Assembly: GCA_963678065.2 (NCBI GenBank)
Contig: CAXXVZ010000005.1
Span: 480,001 to 544,000 of the forward strand
Length of the DNA stretch: 64,000 nucleotides
Source: Treponemataceae bacterium
GTDB lineage: Bacteria > Spirochaetota > Spirochaetia > Treponematales > Rectinemataceae
Direction of reading: 5' to 3'
Shown here: piece after piece, positions 47,196 through 60,140 of the stretch
Layout of the letters: each line of letters begins with the position of its first letter
Numbering within the stretch: the first letter of the stretch is position 1
Made by a program: the position numbers and the translations under genes
Notes under the pieces: model-generated
The model's database searches: none
What the model saw: the letters and a program-made list of their open reading frames with translations, nothing else
Told to the model about the DNA's origin: nothing

Positions 47196-48234
47196 TCTTG
47201 CCCTCGAAGCTGATAGTAGGATCAAGGATGACATACAGGATGTCTATCAACAGGTTGGTTATGATGATCACAATGCCTATCATCAGCGAAAACCCCAGGA
47301 TGGCCGGGAAATCCAGGCCCTGAGCCGCGTCGACGATGAAGGTACCCATGCCCCTGAAATTGAAGACCGTCTCGATGATCACGGCGCCGCCCAGCATGCG
47401 GGCGACTATTCCCCCAGCGACCGTTATGACCGGCAAAAGGGCGTTGTGCCGCGCGTGCCTGTTGATGACGACTTTTTCCGAAAGCCCCTTCGCCCTCGCG
47501 GTCAGGACATATTCTTTGCCGAGGGTTTCGAGGAGGGAGGATCGCATCAGCCGGAGGATTGTCGACAGAAGACCCAGGGAATACGCGATGGAGGGCAGGA
47601 TCAGGTGACGCAGCGCATCAAGGAAAACCGGAATGTTCCAGTTCAGGAGACCGTCCACCGTATTCATGCCGGTAAACCGTCTGAACGAACCCGAATACAC
47701 AATATCCTCCGCCCACAGGCTCAGGCGTCCCGGAGGGAACCATCCCAGCACCGCATAAAAAAGAACGAGCAGCAGTAGTCCGAAAATGAACTCGGGCAGA
47801 GACAGCGCGAAAATCGTCATCACTCGCGCGATCTGGTCGGGTGCGCGGTTGTGCCGCACCGCCGTGTAGGTCCCGAGCGATATGCCTCCGAAAAACACGA
47901 TGACGAAGCCGCAGAACATGAGTTCGATGGTAGCTGGAAAGTTCTTGGCGATGGCCTCGCTCACAGGCATCCTGGACGAAGGCGACCAGCCCAGATTCCC
48001 TTTCAGCACCTCGCCGAGCCAGTTCCAGTATTGCACGTAGAAGGGCTGGTCGAGGCCGTAGCGGGTAATCAGCTCCTCGAAGGACACAGTGGCGGAGGCC
48101 GATTCGAGATTCGGGATGAAGACGGCCAGCCTCTCGTAAGGGCTGAGAAACATGACCAGGGAAAATATGAGTACGGAGAGCACCAAAAGCAGCACCGGCA
48201 GAAAGGCCAGTCGTTTCAGAATGTATGCGAGCAT
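47188..48234 (-). CDS. Peptide ABC transporter permease (DppB/OppB)
   Basis: YILKRL, GLDQP, FPATIEL, RSSLLETLGKEYVLTARAKGL, ETVFNFRGMG. Confidence 0.93.
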   Translation of the reverse strand: MLAYILKRLAFLPVLLLVLSVLIFSLVMFLSPYERLAVFIPNLESASATVSFEELITRYGLDQPFYVQYWNWLGEVLKGNLGWSPSSRMPVSEAIAKNFPATIELMFCGFVIVFFGGISLGTYTAVRHNRAPDQIARVMTIFALSLPEFIFGLLLLVLFYAVLGWFPPGRLSLWAEDIVYSGSFRRFTGMNTVDGLLNWNIPVFLDALRHLILPSIAYSLGLLSTILRLMRSSLLETLGKEYVLTARAKGLSEKVVINRHARHNALLPVITVAGGIVARMLGGAVIIETVFNFRGMGTFIVDAAQGLDFPAILGFSLMIGIVIIITNLLIDILYVILDPTISFEGKNG

Positions 48235-48268
48235 CGTTTGTCACCGTGGAGCCGGCCGGGAGCGGTCA

Positions 48269-48325
48269 GGCCAGGTCGGGATTCCCCAACCCGGCCACGT
48301 CAGGTCGGGATTCCCCGACCTGACG
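48269..48325 (-). terminator. Tandem duplicated hairpins after the binding-protein gene
   Basis: ggccaggtcggggattccccaacccggcc followed by cgtcaggtcgggattccccgacctgacg. Confidence 0.55.
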
Positions 48326-48358
48326 GCTCCATTCATCCTTATGCGTTATGAAGACCAG

Positions 48359-50131
48359 TCACTTGCTGAGCTGCGAATAGTCGATATTGGTCGGCTGCAT
48401 CCTGGGAACATAGCCCTTCAGCCAGCTCCTGTAGGCCACATTTTCGGTGACCTGGTAGTGCAGGATCGCGGGGACGAATTCGTAATCGAGGCGCTGGAGT
48501 TTATAGGATGCTTCCTTGCGCTTCACCGGATCGTATTCGCTGCCCACGATCTCGACGAGACTATCGAATTCCTTCTTCGCGTATTCGACGTAGCCGCCAC
48601 GCTCGGCATAGCCGCCGGCGGAATGCATGTGCTCGAAGAGCGGGAAGTAGGGGTCGAAAATGTCGGGAAGAATGCCGAGGAGGGAGAGGGGCACGGTCCG
48701 CTGTCCGATGGCTCCGACATAGCCCGCGAAGGGCAGGGAAGCCAGCTCCATCTTGAACTTCGGATTGAGGCTCTCGAGGTTGTCCTTGAGGATCTCGAGC
48801 GCAACCTGTCTCTGCTTGGAACCGGTCGAGTACACCATGGTCATCTTGAAGCCCTGGGCCCAGAGTTTTCCATCCCAGGCCTTCTGCAGGTATTCCTTGG
48901 CTTTCGCGAGATCGTGCGTGTACTGGGGATTGTCGGGATTCGCGGTCGGGAAGCCGATGAGGACAGGCCCGTAGGGTTTCTGGGCAAAGCCGCCCATGGC
49001 GCTGTTGATGAAGGCCTCGTAGTCGAAGGCGTAGGCGAGCCCCTTGCGGACATTGATATCGGAGAAGAAGTTCGGGGGAATGCCGTTCGGTCCGAGCTTT
49101 CCGTCGCCGATGTACGGGCTCTGCGGCGCGATGTCCATGACGAAATTCATTTTCATGAGCCAGGCCGAGGGAATGTTGGTTTTCAGTTCGACGCCGGAAA
49201 CGCCCTTGAGCTGCTGGATGTCGCTGACCCCCACGGCCACGAAATCGACGTCACCCGCCTTGAGGAGGAGGATGCCGGTCTGGACATCTTTGATGAAACG
49301 GATCACCACTCTCGGGATCTGGGGAGCTCCCTGCCAGGAATCAGGGAAGGCCTCGAACACAAGACGTTCGCCGGCCTCCCAGGCGACGAATCGGTAGGTG
49401 CCGGTGCCATTCATCTTCTTGAACAGCTTGTCGTCTTCCAGCTTCAGGCCGATGAATTTGGACGCGGTCTCCTTCGTTCCCGGCCAGTCACCCTGAGCGA
49501 CGCACCAGGCTTTCGAGAATATGCCGGCCGAACTGCCCTTGTCGGCCATGAGTTCCAGGAAGGGCACGAAGGGATTCAGGAGGTTGAAGGTCACGCTGTC
49601 CTTTGTCGCGACGATGGAATTATCGAGCTTCTGGTAGGCCGCGTCGAAACCGACAGCCTTGACGAGGTCAGAGAAGGAGTTGGCGTCGAGAAGGTTGAGG
49701 CAGAGCATCCTGATCACAGCCGTCTGGCCGCCGACGAGCATGCCGCGTTTGAAGGTGTAGGCGACATCCTCCGGCTCCAGGATATCCCCTGAGTGGAATT
49801 TTACGTTTTTCCGGATGGGGAAGGTGATTTTCGTCGACTTGTTGGCCGCAACCTTGATCAATCCGTTCTCCAGCGAAGGAACGGCCGTTGCCAAAGCGGG
49901 GACAAGCTTGGTCGAATCGGCTTTGTCGTGGGAGAGCAATGAATCATAGACATTGAGCGAAAGTTCCATGGTCGCGGAGGCGACCATGAAGTGGGGGTCG
50001 AGTGAATCGGGGGTGTTAAGTGTAGCCTTGACGAATGTTCCCGGATTTTTCACCTGAGCGGACAGTCCCGCGGAACCGCAGAGAATGACGAGACACACGA
50101 TGAGAAAAGACAGTTTTCTCGCTGCCGACAT
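48359..50131 (-). CDS. Peptide ABC transporter substrate-binding protein (family 5)
   Basis: Signal peptide, SLDPH, NVYDSL, PALAT.VPS.ENG, IRKNVKFHSG, NGTGTY; GGAGG RBS. Confidence 0.92.
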   Translation of the reverse strand: MSAARKLSFLIVCLVILCGSAGLSAQVKNPGTFVKATLNTPDSLDPHFMVASATMELSLNVYDSLLSHDKADSTKLVPALATAVPSLENGLIKVAANKSTKITFPIRKNVKFHSGDILEPEDVAYTFKRGMLVGGQTAVIRMLCLNLLDANSFSDLVKAVGFDAAYQKLDNSIVATKDSVTFNLLNPFVPFLELMADKGSSAGIFSKAWCVAQGDWPGTKETASKFIGLKLEDDKLFKKMNGTGTYRFVAWEAGERLVFEAFPDSWQGAPQIPRVVIRFIKDVQTGILLLKAGDVDFVAVGVSDIQQLKGVSGVELKTNIPSAWLMKMNFVMDIAPQSPYIGDGKLGPNGIPPNFFSDINVRKGLAYAFDYEAFINSAMGGFAQKPYGPVLIGFPTANPDNPQYTHDLAKAKEYLQKAWDGKLWAQGFKMTMVYSTGSKQRQVALEILKDNLESLNPKFKMELASLPFAGYVGAIGQRTVPLSLLGILPDIFDPYFPLFEHMHSAGGYAERGGYVEYAKKEFDSLVEIVGSEYDPVKRKEASYKLQRLDYEFVPAILHYQVTENVAYRSWLKGYVPRMQPTNIDYSQLSK

Positions 50132-50269
50132 CCCTTACCTCCAAAAAAAAGATTGTGCTGTACAAGCAAAAAGACGTCTGCTACTATACAACGCAACATT
50201 CCGGAATGCCAGTCTGAATGCATAAGTTTTTTTGTTAACTATATATATCTCTTTTCCCTGGAGCGATAT

Positions 50270-51256
50270 ATGGAAGCCCTGCTGCAGGTCAAAAACCTCA
50301 AAACGTATTTTTATACAGAGGATGGCATAGGCAAGGCGGTGAACGGCATCGATTTTGAAATCGGAAAAGAACGGACGGCAGGCATAGTCGGAGAATCGGG
50401 CTGCGGAAAATCCGTCACCGCGCTATCGATCATGGGACTCATCAGGAATCCTCCCGGAAAGATCGTTGAAGGCGAAATTCTGTATCACGGCAAAAGGGGA
50501 GTCATCGATATTGCGAAGCAGGATCCAACCGGTCAGCTGATGCGCTCCCTCCGCGGCAACGAGTTGGCCATGATTTTCCAGGAACCGATGACCTCCCTCA
50601 ATCCGGTCTACACGGTCGGCTTCCAGATCATGGAGGCGATCAGCCTCCATCAGGGCCTCGGCAAAAAAGAATCGCGCAATAAGGCTATCGAAATGCTGAA
50701 AGCCGTCGGCATCCAGGCGCCGGAAAAACGGATCGATTCCTACCCGCACGAGATGTCAGGCGGCATGCGCCAGCGGGTCATGATCGCGATGGCCTTGTCC
50801 TGCAATCCGTCCTTACTGATCGCGGATGAACCGACAACAGCCCTCGATGTCACCATTCAGGCTCAGGTCCTGGATCTCATGGCCGACCTGAAATCAAAAT
50901 TCCGGATGTCGCTCCTGTTCATCACGCACGACCTCGGCGTCGTCGCCAATATCGCCGATGATGTGATCGTCATGTACCTCGGGAAAATCGTGGAAAAGGC
51001 GACGGTCCGCGAGTTGTTCCGAAAGCCCCTCCATCCGTATACAAGAGGGTTGCTGGACTCACTGCCTTCGGCGAAGTCGAAGGCCAGCGCGAGGCTGATT
51101 CCCATAAAGGGGACGGTGCCCAGTCCTTTCGACGATGTCTCAGGCTGTGTGTTCCGCGAACGATGCCCGCATGCGAAGCCGGAATGTGGTGAAGCCATGC
51201 CGGAATTGCGGAAAACCGCGCCGGATCATCAGGTCGCCTGCATACTCGTGCCCTGA
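50270..51256 (+). CDS. Peptide ABC transporter ATP-binding protein (DppD/OppD)
   Basis: [44 protein letters not shown]-terminal Cys cluster. Confidence 0.95.
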   Translation: MEALLQVKNLKTYFYTEDGIGKAVNGIDFEIGKERTAGIVGESGCGKSVTALSIMGLIRNPPGKIVEGEILYHGKRGVIDIAKQDPTGQLMRSLRGNELAMIFQEPMTSLNPVYTVGFQIMEAISLHQGLGKKESRNKAIEMLKAVGIQAPEKRIDSYPHEMSGGMRQRVMIAMALSCNPSLLIADEPTTALDVTIQAQVLDLMADLKSKFRMSLLFITHDLGVVANIADDVIVMYLGKIVEKATVRELFRKPLHPYTRGLLDSLPSAKSKASARLIPIKGTVPSPFDDVSGCVFRERCPHAKPECGEAMPELRKTAPDHQVACILVP

Positions 51257-51275
51257 AGCAATTTGGAGGACATGC

Positions 51276-52271
51276 ATGGAATCCGGGAATGTGCTGATTT
51301 CCGTACGACATCTGAAAAAAAGTTTTCCCGTCCGGAAAGGCCTGTTCGACAGGCAGAAACTGTACATGAACGCCGTCGACGACGTAAGTTTCGATATCAT
51401 GGACGGTGAGACTCTCGGACTCGTGGGCGAATCCGGTTGCGGCAAAACTACGGTCGGAAGGACGATTATCCGTCTCTACAAGCCTTCGTCGGGCGATATC
51501 TTCTTTTACACGCAGGGGCAGGAATACAATCTGGCCACCATCCCCTCCAAGGACCTCAAACCCATCCGCAGGCAGATGCAGATCGTTTTTCAGGATCCCT
51601 ACTCCTCACTGGATCCGAGGAAATCGATACGGGCCATTCTGGAAGAACCCCTCCTGACGCACAGCATTGGCACGAAAGATGAACGCGCGAGCCAGGTAAA
51701 GTTTCTGATCGAGGCCGTCGGGATGAAGGAAGAACACCTGAAACGGTATCCCCACGAATTCTCGGGCGGGCAGAGGCAGCGCATCGCAATAGCACGGGCA
51801 CTCGCCCTCCGGCCGAAATTAGTGATCGCTGATGAACCGGTTTCAGCCCTCGATGTCTCCATCCAGGCTCAGGTCCTCAACCTTCTGGAGGACCTGCAAG
51901 AGGAGTTCGGCACGACCTATCTGTTCATCGCCCACAATCTGGGAGTCATCAGGCACATAAGTTCGAGGATAGCGGTGATGTATCTCGGAAAAATCGTGGA
52001 GCTGGGGCAATCAGAGCGGCTCTTTTCCCGACCTGAGCATCCCTACACGGAAGCTCTGCTCTCATCCATTCTCCATCCCGATCCGGAGGAGAATAGCGAG
52101 AAGATCATCCTCGCCGGAGACATTCCCAGCCCCATGAACCCTCCACCTGGATGCCGCTTCCACACGCGGTGCAAATATGCAAAAAAAGTCTGTTCCTCGG
52201 ACGAGCCGCCGCTCAGCGATGTCGGGGATGGACATTCAGTGGCTTGCCACTACAATCTCGGAGCCAACTGA
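51276..52271 (+). CDS. Peptide ABC transporter ATP-binding protein (DppF/OppF)
   Basis: GESGCGKT, FQDPYSSLDPR, YPHEFSGGQRQR, DEPVSALD; GGAGG RBS. Confidence 0.95.
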   Translation: MESGNVLISVRHLKKSFPVRKGLFDRQKLYMNAVDDVSFDIMDGETLGLVGESGCGKTTVGRTIIRLYKPSSGDIFFYTQGQEYNLATIPSKDLKPIRRQMQIVFQDPYSSLDPRKSIRAILEEPLLTHSIGTKDERASQVKFLIEAVGMKEEHLKRYPHEFSGGQRQRIAIARALALRPKLVIADEPVSALDVSIQAQVLNLLEDLQEEFGTTYLFIAHNLGVIRHISSRIAVMYLGKIVELGQSERLFSRPEHPYTEALLSSILHPDPEENSEKIILAGDIPSPMNPPPGCRFHTRCKYAKKVCSSDEPPLSDVGDGHSVACHYNLGAN

Positions 52272-52356
52272 TGGAAGCCCGGCTTTGAAGATGGAGGGAC
52301 CCATGAATACGTCCGGCGGCATACAGCCCTCCGCGGTGCGCTCCTGAGGAATATGA

Positions 52357-54471
<2,115 letters not shown>

Positions 54472-54546
54472 GCTCCCCTCCCGACCCCGCGCCATCGTGA
54501 TCGCGGCGCCATCGCCAGTGGCGACACTTCGCCGCGATGGAGGCCT

Positions 54547-54595
54547 CGCCACAATAGTGGCCTCGCTGCAATACCGGCCCCGCCACAATAGTGGC
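54547..54595. promoter_or_regulatory. Two identical 15-bp palindromic boxes (candidate operators)
   Basis: cgccacaatagtggc at 54547-54561 and 54581-54595 (GCCAC-N4-GTGGC). Confidence 0.6.
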
Positions 54596-54633
54596 GCTTT
54601 CACTTCCGGCCCGCATCCTTCTATACTAGCACA

Positions 54634-55437
54634 ATGCCGGCTCTGAAAAAGGTCTACGTCGAGATAACGAACGTCTGCAACCTGCGCTGCGAATTCTGTC
54701 CTCCCGTCCTGAGGCCGCGCGGTTTCCTCGCGCGCGAGCGCTTTGGCATCATCCTCGGAAAACTCTCGGGCAGGGCGAAGATCCTCTATTTCCATATCAA
54801 AGGCGAGCCGCTCCTCCACCCCGAGCTCGGCAGCTTCCTCGACATGGCGCGTGAGGCCGGCTTCGCGGTCCACCTCACGACGAACGGAACCCTGCTTTCA
54901 GAGCGCCTCGACGCGCTTTTGGCCAGACCCGCGCTCGAACGCGTCAACATTTCCCTGCACAGCCTCGCCGGCCTTCCCGAGCAGGAGCGGAAGGACGCTG
55001 TCGAGGGCATTTTCGCCTCGATCGATATCCTCGCCCGCGAACCTTCGATCAAGGTCCTCAGCCTGCGCCAGTGGGACTCCTCCATCGCCGACAAAAACCT
55101 CGTCAGGCTGGGGCCGAAACTCAACTTTCACCCCGCGGAACGCTTCGTCTGGCCCGAGCTTCCCGGCATGGTCGACTTCGGCAGTACGGGCTTCTGCTAC
55201 GCCCTGCGCGATCAGGCGGGAATCCTCCTCGACGGCAGCGTCGTGCCCTGCTGCCTCGACGCGGAGGGGCGAATCACCCTCGGCAACATCTACGAAGGCG
55301 ACTGGGACGAGATCATGGCTTCGCCGCGCGCCCGGGCACTTTACAAGGGCTTCTCGGAACGGCGCGTGGTCGAGAGGCTCTGCCGGACTTGCGGATTCAG
55401 GACACGGTTCAACCTCGAACCGGACCAGGCGAGCTGA
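54634..55437 (+). CDS. Radical SAM / SPASM(twitch) domain protein
   Basis: CNLRCEFC (CxxxCxxC), GEPLLHP, TTNG, C-terminal CYAL...DGSVVPCCLD...GNI...CRTC. Confidence 0.9.
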   Translation: MPALKKVYVEITNVCNLRCEFCPPVLRPRGFLARERFGIILGKLSGRAKILYFHIKGEPLLHPELGSFLDMAREAGFAVHLTTNGTLLSERLDALLARPALERVNISLHSLAGLPEQERKDAVEGIFASIDILAREPSIKVLSLRQWDSSIADKNLVRLGPKLNFHPAERFVWPELPGMVDFGSTGFCYALRDQAGILLDGSVVPCCLDAEGRITLGNIYEGDWDEIMASPRARALYKGFSERRVVERLCRTCGFRTRFNLEPDQAS

Positions 55438-55476
55438 CCGCGCAGCGTCGTCGACTGAGTATATCCGCCGTTGGTA

Positions 55477-55505
55477 TTGCAAAATAGAATATTGAAGATT
55501 ATACT
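55477..55505 (+). promoter_or_regulatory. sigma70 promoter, probably leaderless
   Basis: TTGCAA-N17-TATACT-N7-ATG(55513). Confidence 0.7.
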
Positions 55506-55512
55506 CTTCAAT

Positions 55513-56724
55513 ATGATAGAAAGACCAAATTATGTCGAACGTATCCTGCAATTTTCCGACAGTCCCCTCATAAAAGTACTCTCCGGCATACGTCGTTCAG
55601 GGAAAAGTACCATCCTCGTGTTGCTGAAGGAAGCTCTGCTTCGGAAGGGATCGAACCCTGATACGATTCTCCACATCAACATGGAGAATCTAGAAAATGA
55701 CGGATTGCGGCACTATAGCGCTATGTACAAATACATCAAAGAAAAGCTTCCCGATGGCGGGTACCTCCTTCTCGACGAGGTGCAGGAAATCGAAGGCTGG
55801 GAACGGGTCCTCGCCTCGGTGCTCGCGGAAGGGAAAATCGACTGCACGATCACCGGTTCCAACGCACGATTGCTGTCTTCCGAACTCGCCACCCTACTCG
55901 CGGGACGATACATCGAAATACCCATCTTCACCCTCTCATTCAGGGAGTTCATCCTATTCGCCGGGCAATCGAACAACACATATTCCCGGGATGCCCTTTT
56001 CAGACGATACCTGACTGTCGGCGGCTTTCCCGGCATTCATTCCATTGTCCACGACGAAGGAATGATCCGGTCGTACCTGGAGTCGCTGGTAGACAGCATC
56101 ATCCTGAAAGACGTGGTCAAACGGCACGCGATACGGGATGCGGACACGCTGGACAGGGTCCTCAGATTCGCGATGGACAATGCGGGCAACCTTCTGTCCG
56201 CCCGATCGGTGCACGCTTTTTTCTTGTCCCAAGGGAGAAGTATTTCGGCCGACAAGGTGCGGGAATACCTTTCGTATCTGTGCGGAGCTTTTGCTCTGTA
56301 CAAAGTCAGACGATTCGACTTGCGCGGGAAACGCCATCTTGAATACGCGGAAAAATACTATCCCGGCGACATCGGTTTGCGACACGGGCTGATCGGTTCC
56401 CGCGACCGCGACATCTCCGGTCTCATGGAAAGCATCGTCTATCTCGAACTGCGAAGGCGAGGCTGGACCGTATCGATCGGGGTCTGGGACAATCTCGAAG
56501 TGGACTTCGTAGCCGAGCGCGGGAGCGAGAGGCGATACTACCAAGTCTGCTACCTTTTATCCGACGAATCCGTCATCAAGCGCGAGTTCGGCAATCTGGC
56601 GAAAATCCCCGACAACTATCCCAAACTCGTCCTCAGCCTCGACGAAGTCGCCCCCGACAATATCGACGGCATCCGACGCATGGATATCCGCGATTTCCTC
56701 CTCGAACCAGAGCAGACAAGCTGA
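55513..56724 (+). CDS. AAA_14 ATPase with DUF4143 (PD-(D/E)XK-like) C-terminus
   Basis: GIRRSGKS, LDEVQ, TGSN, GGFP, KYY..DIG, E..VYLEL, EVDFV..YYQV. Confidence 0.9.
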   Translation: MIERPNYVERILQFSDSPLIKVLSGIRRSGKSTILVLLKEALLRKGSNPDTILHINMENLENDGLRHYSAMYKYIKEKLPDGGYLLLDEVQEIEGWERVLASVLAEGKIDCTITGSNARLLSSELATLLAGRYIEIPIFTLSFREFILFAGQSNNTYSRDALFRRYLTVGGFPGIHSIVHDEGMIRSYLESLVDSIILKDVVKRHAIRDADTLDRVLRFAMDNAGNLLSARSVHAFFLSQGRSISADKVREYLSYLCGAFALYKVRRFDLRGKRHLEYAEKYYPGDIGLRHGLIGSRDRDISGLMESIVYLELRRRGWTVSIGVWDNLEVDFVAERGSERRYYQVCYLLSDESVIKREFGNLAKIPDNYPKLVLSLDEVAPDNIDGIRRMDIRDFLLEPEQTS

Positions 56725-56761
56725 CCGCGTCTTCCTGTTTTGATCGTTCTTCGGAGTTTTG

Positions 56762-56801
56762 AAAACGAAAACAGGGACAGCCCCGAAGGACAGTCCCTGT
56801 T
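56762..56801 (-). terminator. Rho-independent terminator of the opp operon
   Basis: aacagggac...gtccctgtt stem with a TTCG loop followed by a T-rich tail on the minus strand. Confidence 0.65.
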
Positions 56802-56832
56802 CGATTCAATGTGATTTGTAAAGACCCGGCGT

Positions 56833-57867
<1,035 letters not shown>

Positions 57868-57869
57868 GA

Positions 57870-58853
57870 TCACTTCTCCTCCGCGTAGAGCCAGCAGGAC
57901 ACAGCCCTGCCGTCGTCGAATTTCACGCTGCCTGGGTATTTGTGCTTGCATTTGTCCATCGCCCGGTTGCAGCGGGGATAGAAGGGGCAGCAGTCCGGGA
58001 GGTCGATGACGTTCGGCGGCTGTCCCGGGATGGAATACAGGCGCTCGTTGTTCGCTTTGTCCAGCCTGGGCACGGACTTGATGAGTCCCTGGGTGTAGGG
58101 GTGCAGGGGCTTCTCGAAGATGGGGCCGGTCGGCCCGCGCTCGACGATGCGGCCCGCGTACATGACACAGAGGTTGTTGCACATGCCGGCGACGACGCCG
58201 AGGGAGTGGGTGATGAGGATGACGGCCGTGCCGAGACGGGCGGTCAGCTCCTTCATGAGCTCGAGGATCTGGGCCTGGATGGTGACGTCCAGCGCGCTCG
58301 TCGGCTCGTCCGCGATCAGGATCTCCGGATTGCAGGACAGCCCCATGGCTATCATGACGCGCTGGCGCATGCCGCCCGAGAACTGGTGTGGGTACTGGTC
58401 GATACGCTTCTCCGGTCCGGGGATTCCGGCCAGCTTGAGCATCTCGATGGCCTTTTCCTTCGCTGCCGCCTTGTCCAGTTTCTGGTGCAGGACGATGGTC
58501 TCGATCATCTGGGTCGAAATCTTGAGGAAGGGATTGAGGGAGGTCATGGGATCCTGGAAGATCATGGAGATCTTGTTTCCGCGGATTTCCCTGAGCTCGT
58601 GGGCGGGCATCGACACGAGATCCTTTCCGTGGAAGAGGACCACGCCTCCCGCGATCTTGCCGGGGGGATTCGGGATCATGTTGATGATGGAGAGGTTCGT
58701 GACGCTCTTGCCCGAGCCGGACTCTCCGACGATGCCGAGGGTTTCACCCGTGTGGAGGTCGAAACTGACGCCGTCGACGGCTTTCACGACGCCTTCGTCG
58801 ACATGAAAATAGGTTTTCAGGTCCTGGACCTGGAGGATGACTTCTTTGGTCAT
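57870..58853 (-). CDS. oppD: Oligopeptide ABC transporter ATP-binding protein
   Basis: GESGSGKS, FQDPMTSLNP, YPHQFSGGMRQR. Confidence 0.95.
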   Translation of the reverse strand: MTKEVILQVQDLKTYFHVDEGVVKAVDGVSFDLHTGETLGIVGESGSGKSVTNLSIINMIPNPPGKIAGGVVLFHGKDLVSMPAHELREIRGNKISMIFQDPMTSLNPFLKISTQMIETIVLHQKLDKAAAKEKAIEMLKLAGIPGPEKRIDQYPHQFSGGMRQRVMIAMGLSCNPEILIADEPTSALDVTIQAQILELMKELTARLGTAVILITHSLGVVAGMCNNLCVMYAGRIVERGPTGPIFEKPLHPYTQGLIKSVPRLDKANNERLYSIPGQPPNVIDLPDCCPFYPRCNRAMDKCKHKYPGSVKFDDGRAVSCWLYAEEK

Positions 58854-58871
58854 ATCGTGTGGCTCCTGGGC

Positions 58872-60131
58872 TTAGGCCCGGTTCTTGCTCTGCGGATCGA
58901 GTGCGTCGCGCAGGCCGTCGCCGAGGAAATTCATGCAGAACAGGAAGACTGTCATCGAGAGAGCCGGCGCCAAAAGCTGCCAGGTTCTGACTTCCATGCC
59001 CCGCACTCCTTCCGATACCAAGGTTCCCCAGGAGGCGTCGGGAGCCGACACGCCCAGGCCGAGGAAGGAGAGGAATGACTCGTTCATGATGAAGCTCGGC
59101 ATGAGTAGGGTCGAGAAGACGACGATGACGCCCAGGGTGTTGGGCAGAAGGTGGCGGAAGATGATTCGCGGGGTGCTCGCTCCCATGGAGCGGGCGGCCT
59201 CGACGAACTCGGCGTTCTTGAGGCTGATGATCTGTCCGCGAACGACGCGGGCTATCGTCAGCCAGGACACGAGGGCGATGGCCACGAAGAGTATGACGAA
59301 GCTTCCTCGCGCCGCCTCCCCGATCATCGCCATGATGATGATGACGATGAGCATGTAGGGAAGACCGTACATGATGTCGACGAAGCGCATGAGCATGTTG
59401 TCGACCCAGCCGCCGAGATAGCCCGAAATAGAGCCGATGAGGATGCCGACGAAGGCCGCCGTAAGCGTTCCGATTATGCCGATCGCGATGGAGATGCGCC
59501 CTCCGTAGATGACGCGGGCAAGCATGTCGCGGCCGAGGTCGTCCGTACCCATGATGTAGACGCGCTTGTGGACGGGGTCGGTGGCGATATCCTTCCTGAG
59601 CTGCTCGAGTTCGGCTTTCTGTGAAACGAGCTCGTTCTGCACGGGATCGCCGTAACCGCCGGAGGCTTGGCTCGTATCGGCCGCTTCGGTCGTCGTCGCA
59701 TCGCCGGCGCCGCCTGTATCGGTGCCGTCTGCGTGGGGTGTTTCGGGGGAACCGAAGTCGAAGCCTGTCGTCATGTCGTAGCTTCCGCCCTTGGACTCGG
59801 CTCCGCGCTGCGCGATGGTGGCCTCGAGATCCGCGATGCGCGCCTCGAGTTTCTTGACCGCGAGTTCGCCCGCGGGCCGGAAGGAGGGGGGAAGGCTCGT
59901 GTGGGCCATGACTTGCTTTGTGTAGTCGTAGATTATACCGGTCTTCGTGAGGAGAGGCGCGAAGAGCGTGAGGAGGATATAGAAGCTCACGACCCAGAGG
60001 CTCACGAGGGCGAATTTATTCTTGCGCAGCCGCTTCCAGGCGTCGGCCCAGAGAGACACTGGCTTCATGTGCTGGTTGAACTCGTTGACGGCGAGCGAGT
60101 CGGTTTTATTGTCTGTTTTCTTGCCGGACAT
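58872..60131 (-). CDS. oppC: Oligopeptide ABC transporter permease with a large extracytoplasmic insertion
   Basis: DAWKRLRKNK, GTDDLGRD, EFVEAARSMGA, GDGLRDALDP. Confidence 0.93.
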   Translation of the reverse strand: MSGKKTDNKTDSLAVNEFNQHMKPVSLWADAWKRLRKNKFALVSLWVVSFYILLTLFAPLLTKTGIIYDYTKQVMAHTSLPPSFRPAGELAVKKLEARIADLEATIAQRGAESKGGSYDMTTGFDFGSPETPHADGTDTGGAGDATTTEAADTSQASGGYGDPVQNELVSQKAELEQLRKDIATDPVHKRVYIMGTDDLGRDMLARVIYGGRISIAIGIIGTLTAAFVGILIGSISGYLGGWVDNMLMRFVDIMYGLPYMLIVIIIMAMIGEAARGSFVILFVAIALVSWLTIARVVRGQIISLKNAEFVEAARSMGASTPRIIFRHLLPNTLGVIVVFSTLLMPSFIMNESFLSFLGLGVSAPDASWGTLVSEGVRGMEVRTWQLLAPALSMTVFLFCMNFLGDGLRDALDPQSKNRA

Positions 60132-60140
60132 GCCGTGCTC

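Noticed and set aside
52303..52347. 14-codon ORF with a GGAGG RBS after the oppF-like gene (possible truncated gene at the block edge)
   Set aside because: Too short to distinguish from chance without comparative data
54634..55437. Radical SAM/SPASM as a RiPP maturase
   Set aside because: No precursor peptide, RRE domain or exporter nearby; it resembles a widespread stand-alone family
55513..56724. AAA-DUF4143 ATPase as an anti-phage defence system
   Set aside because: A solitary member of a very common family with no partner defence genes adjacent
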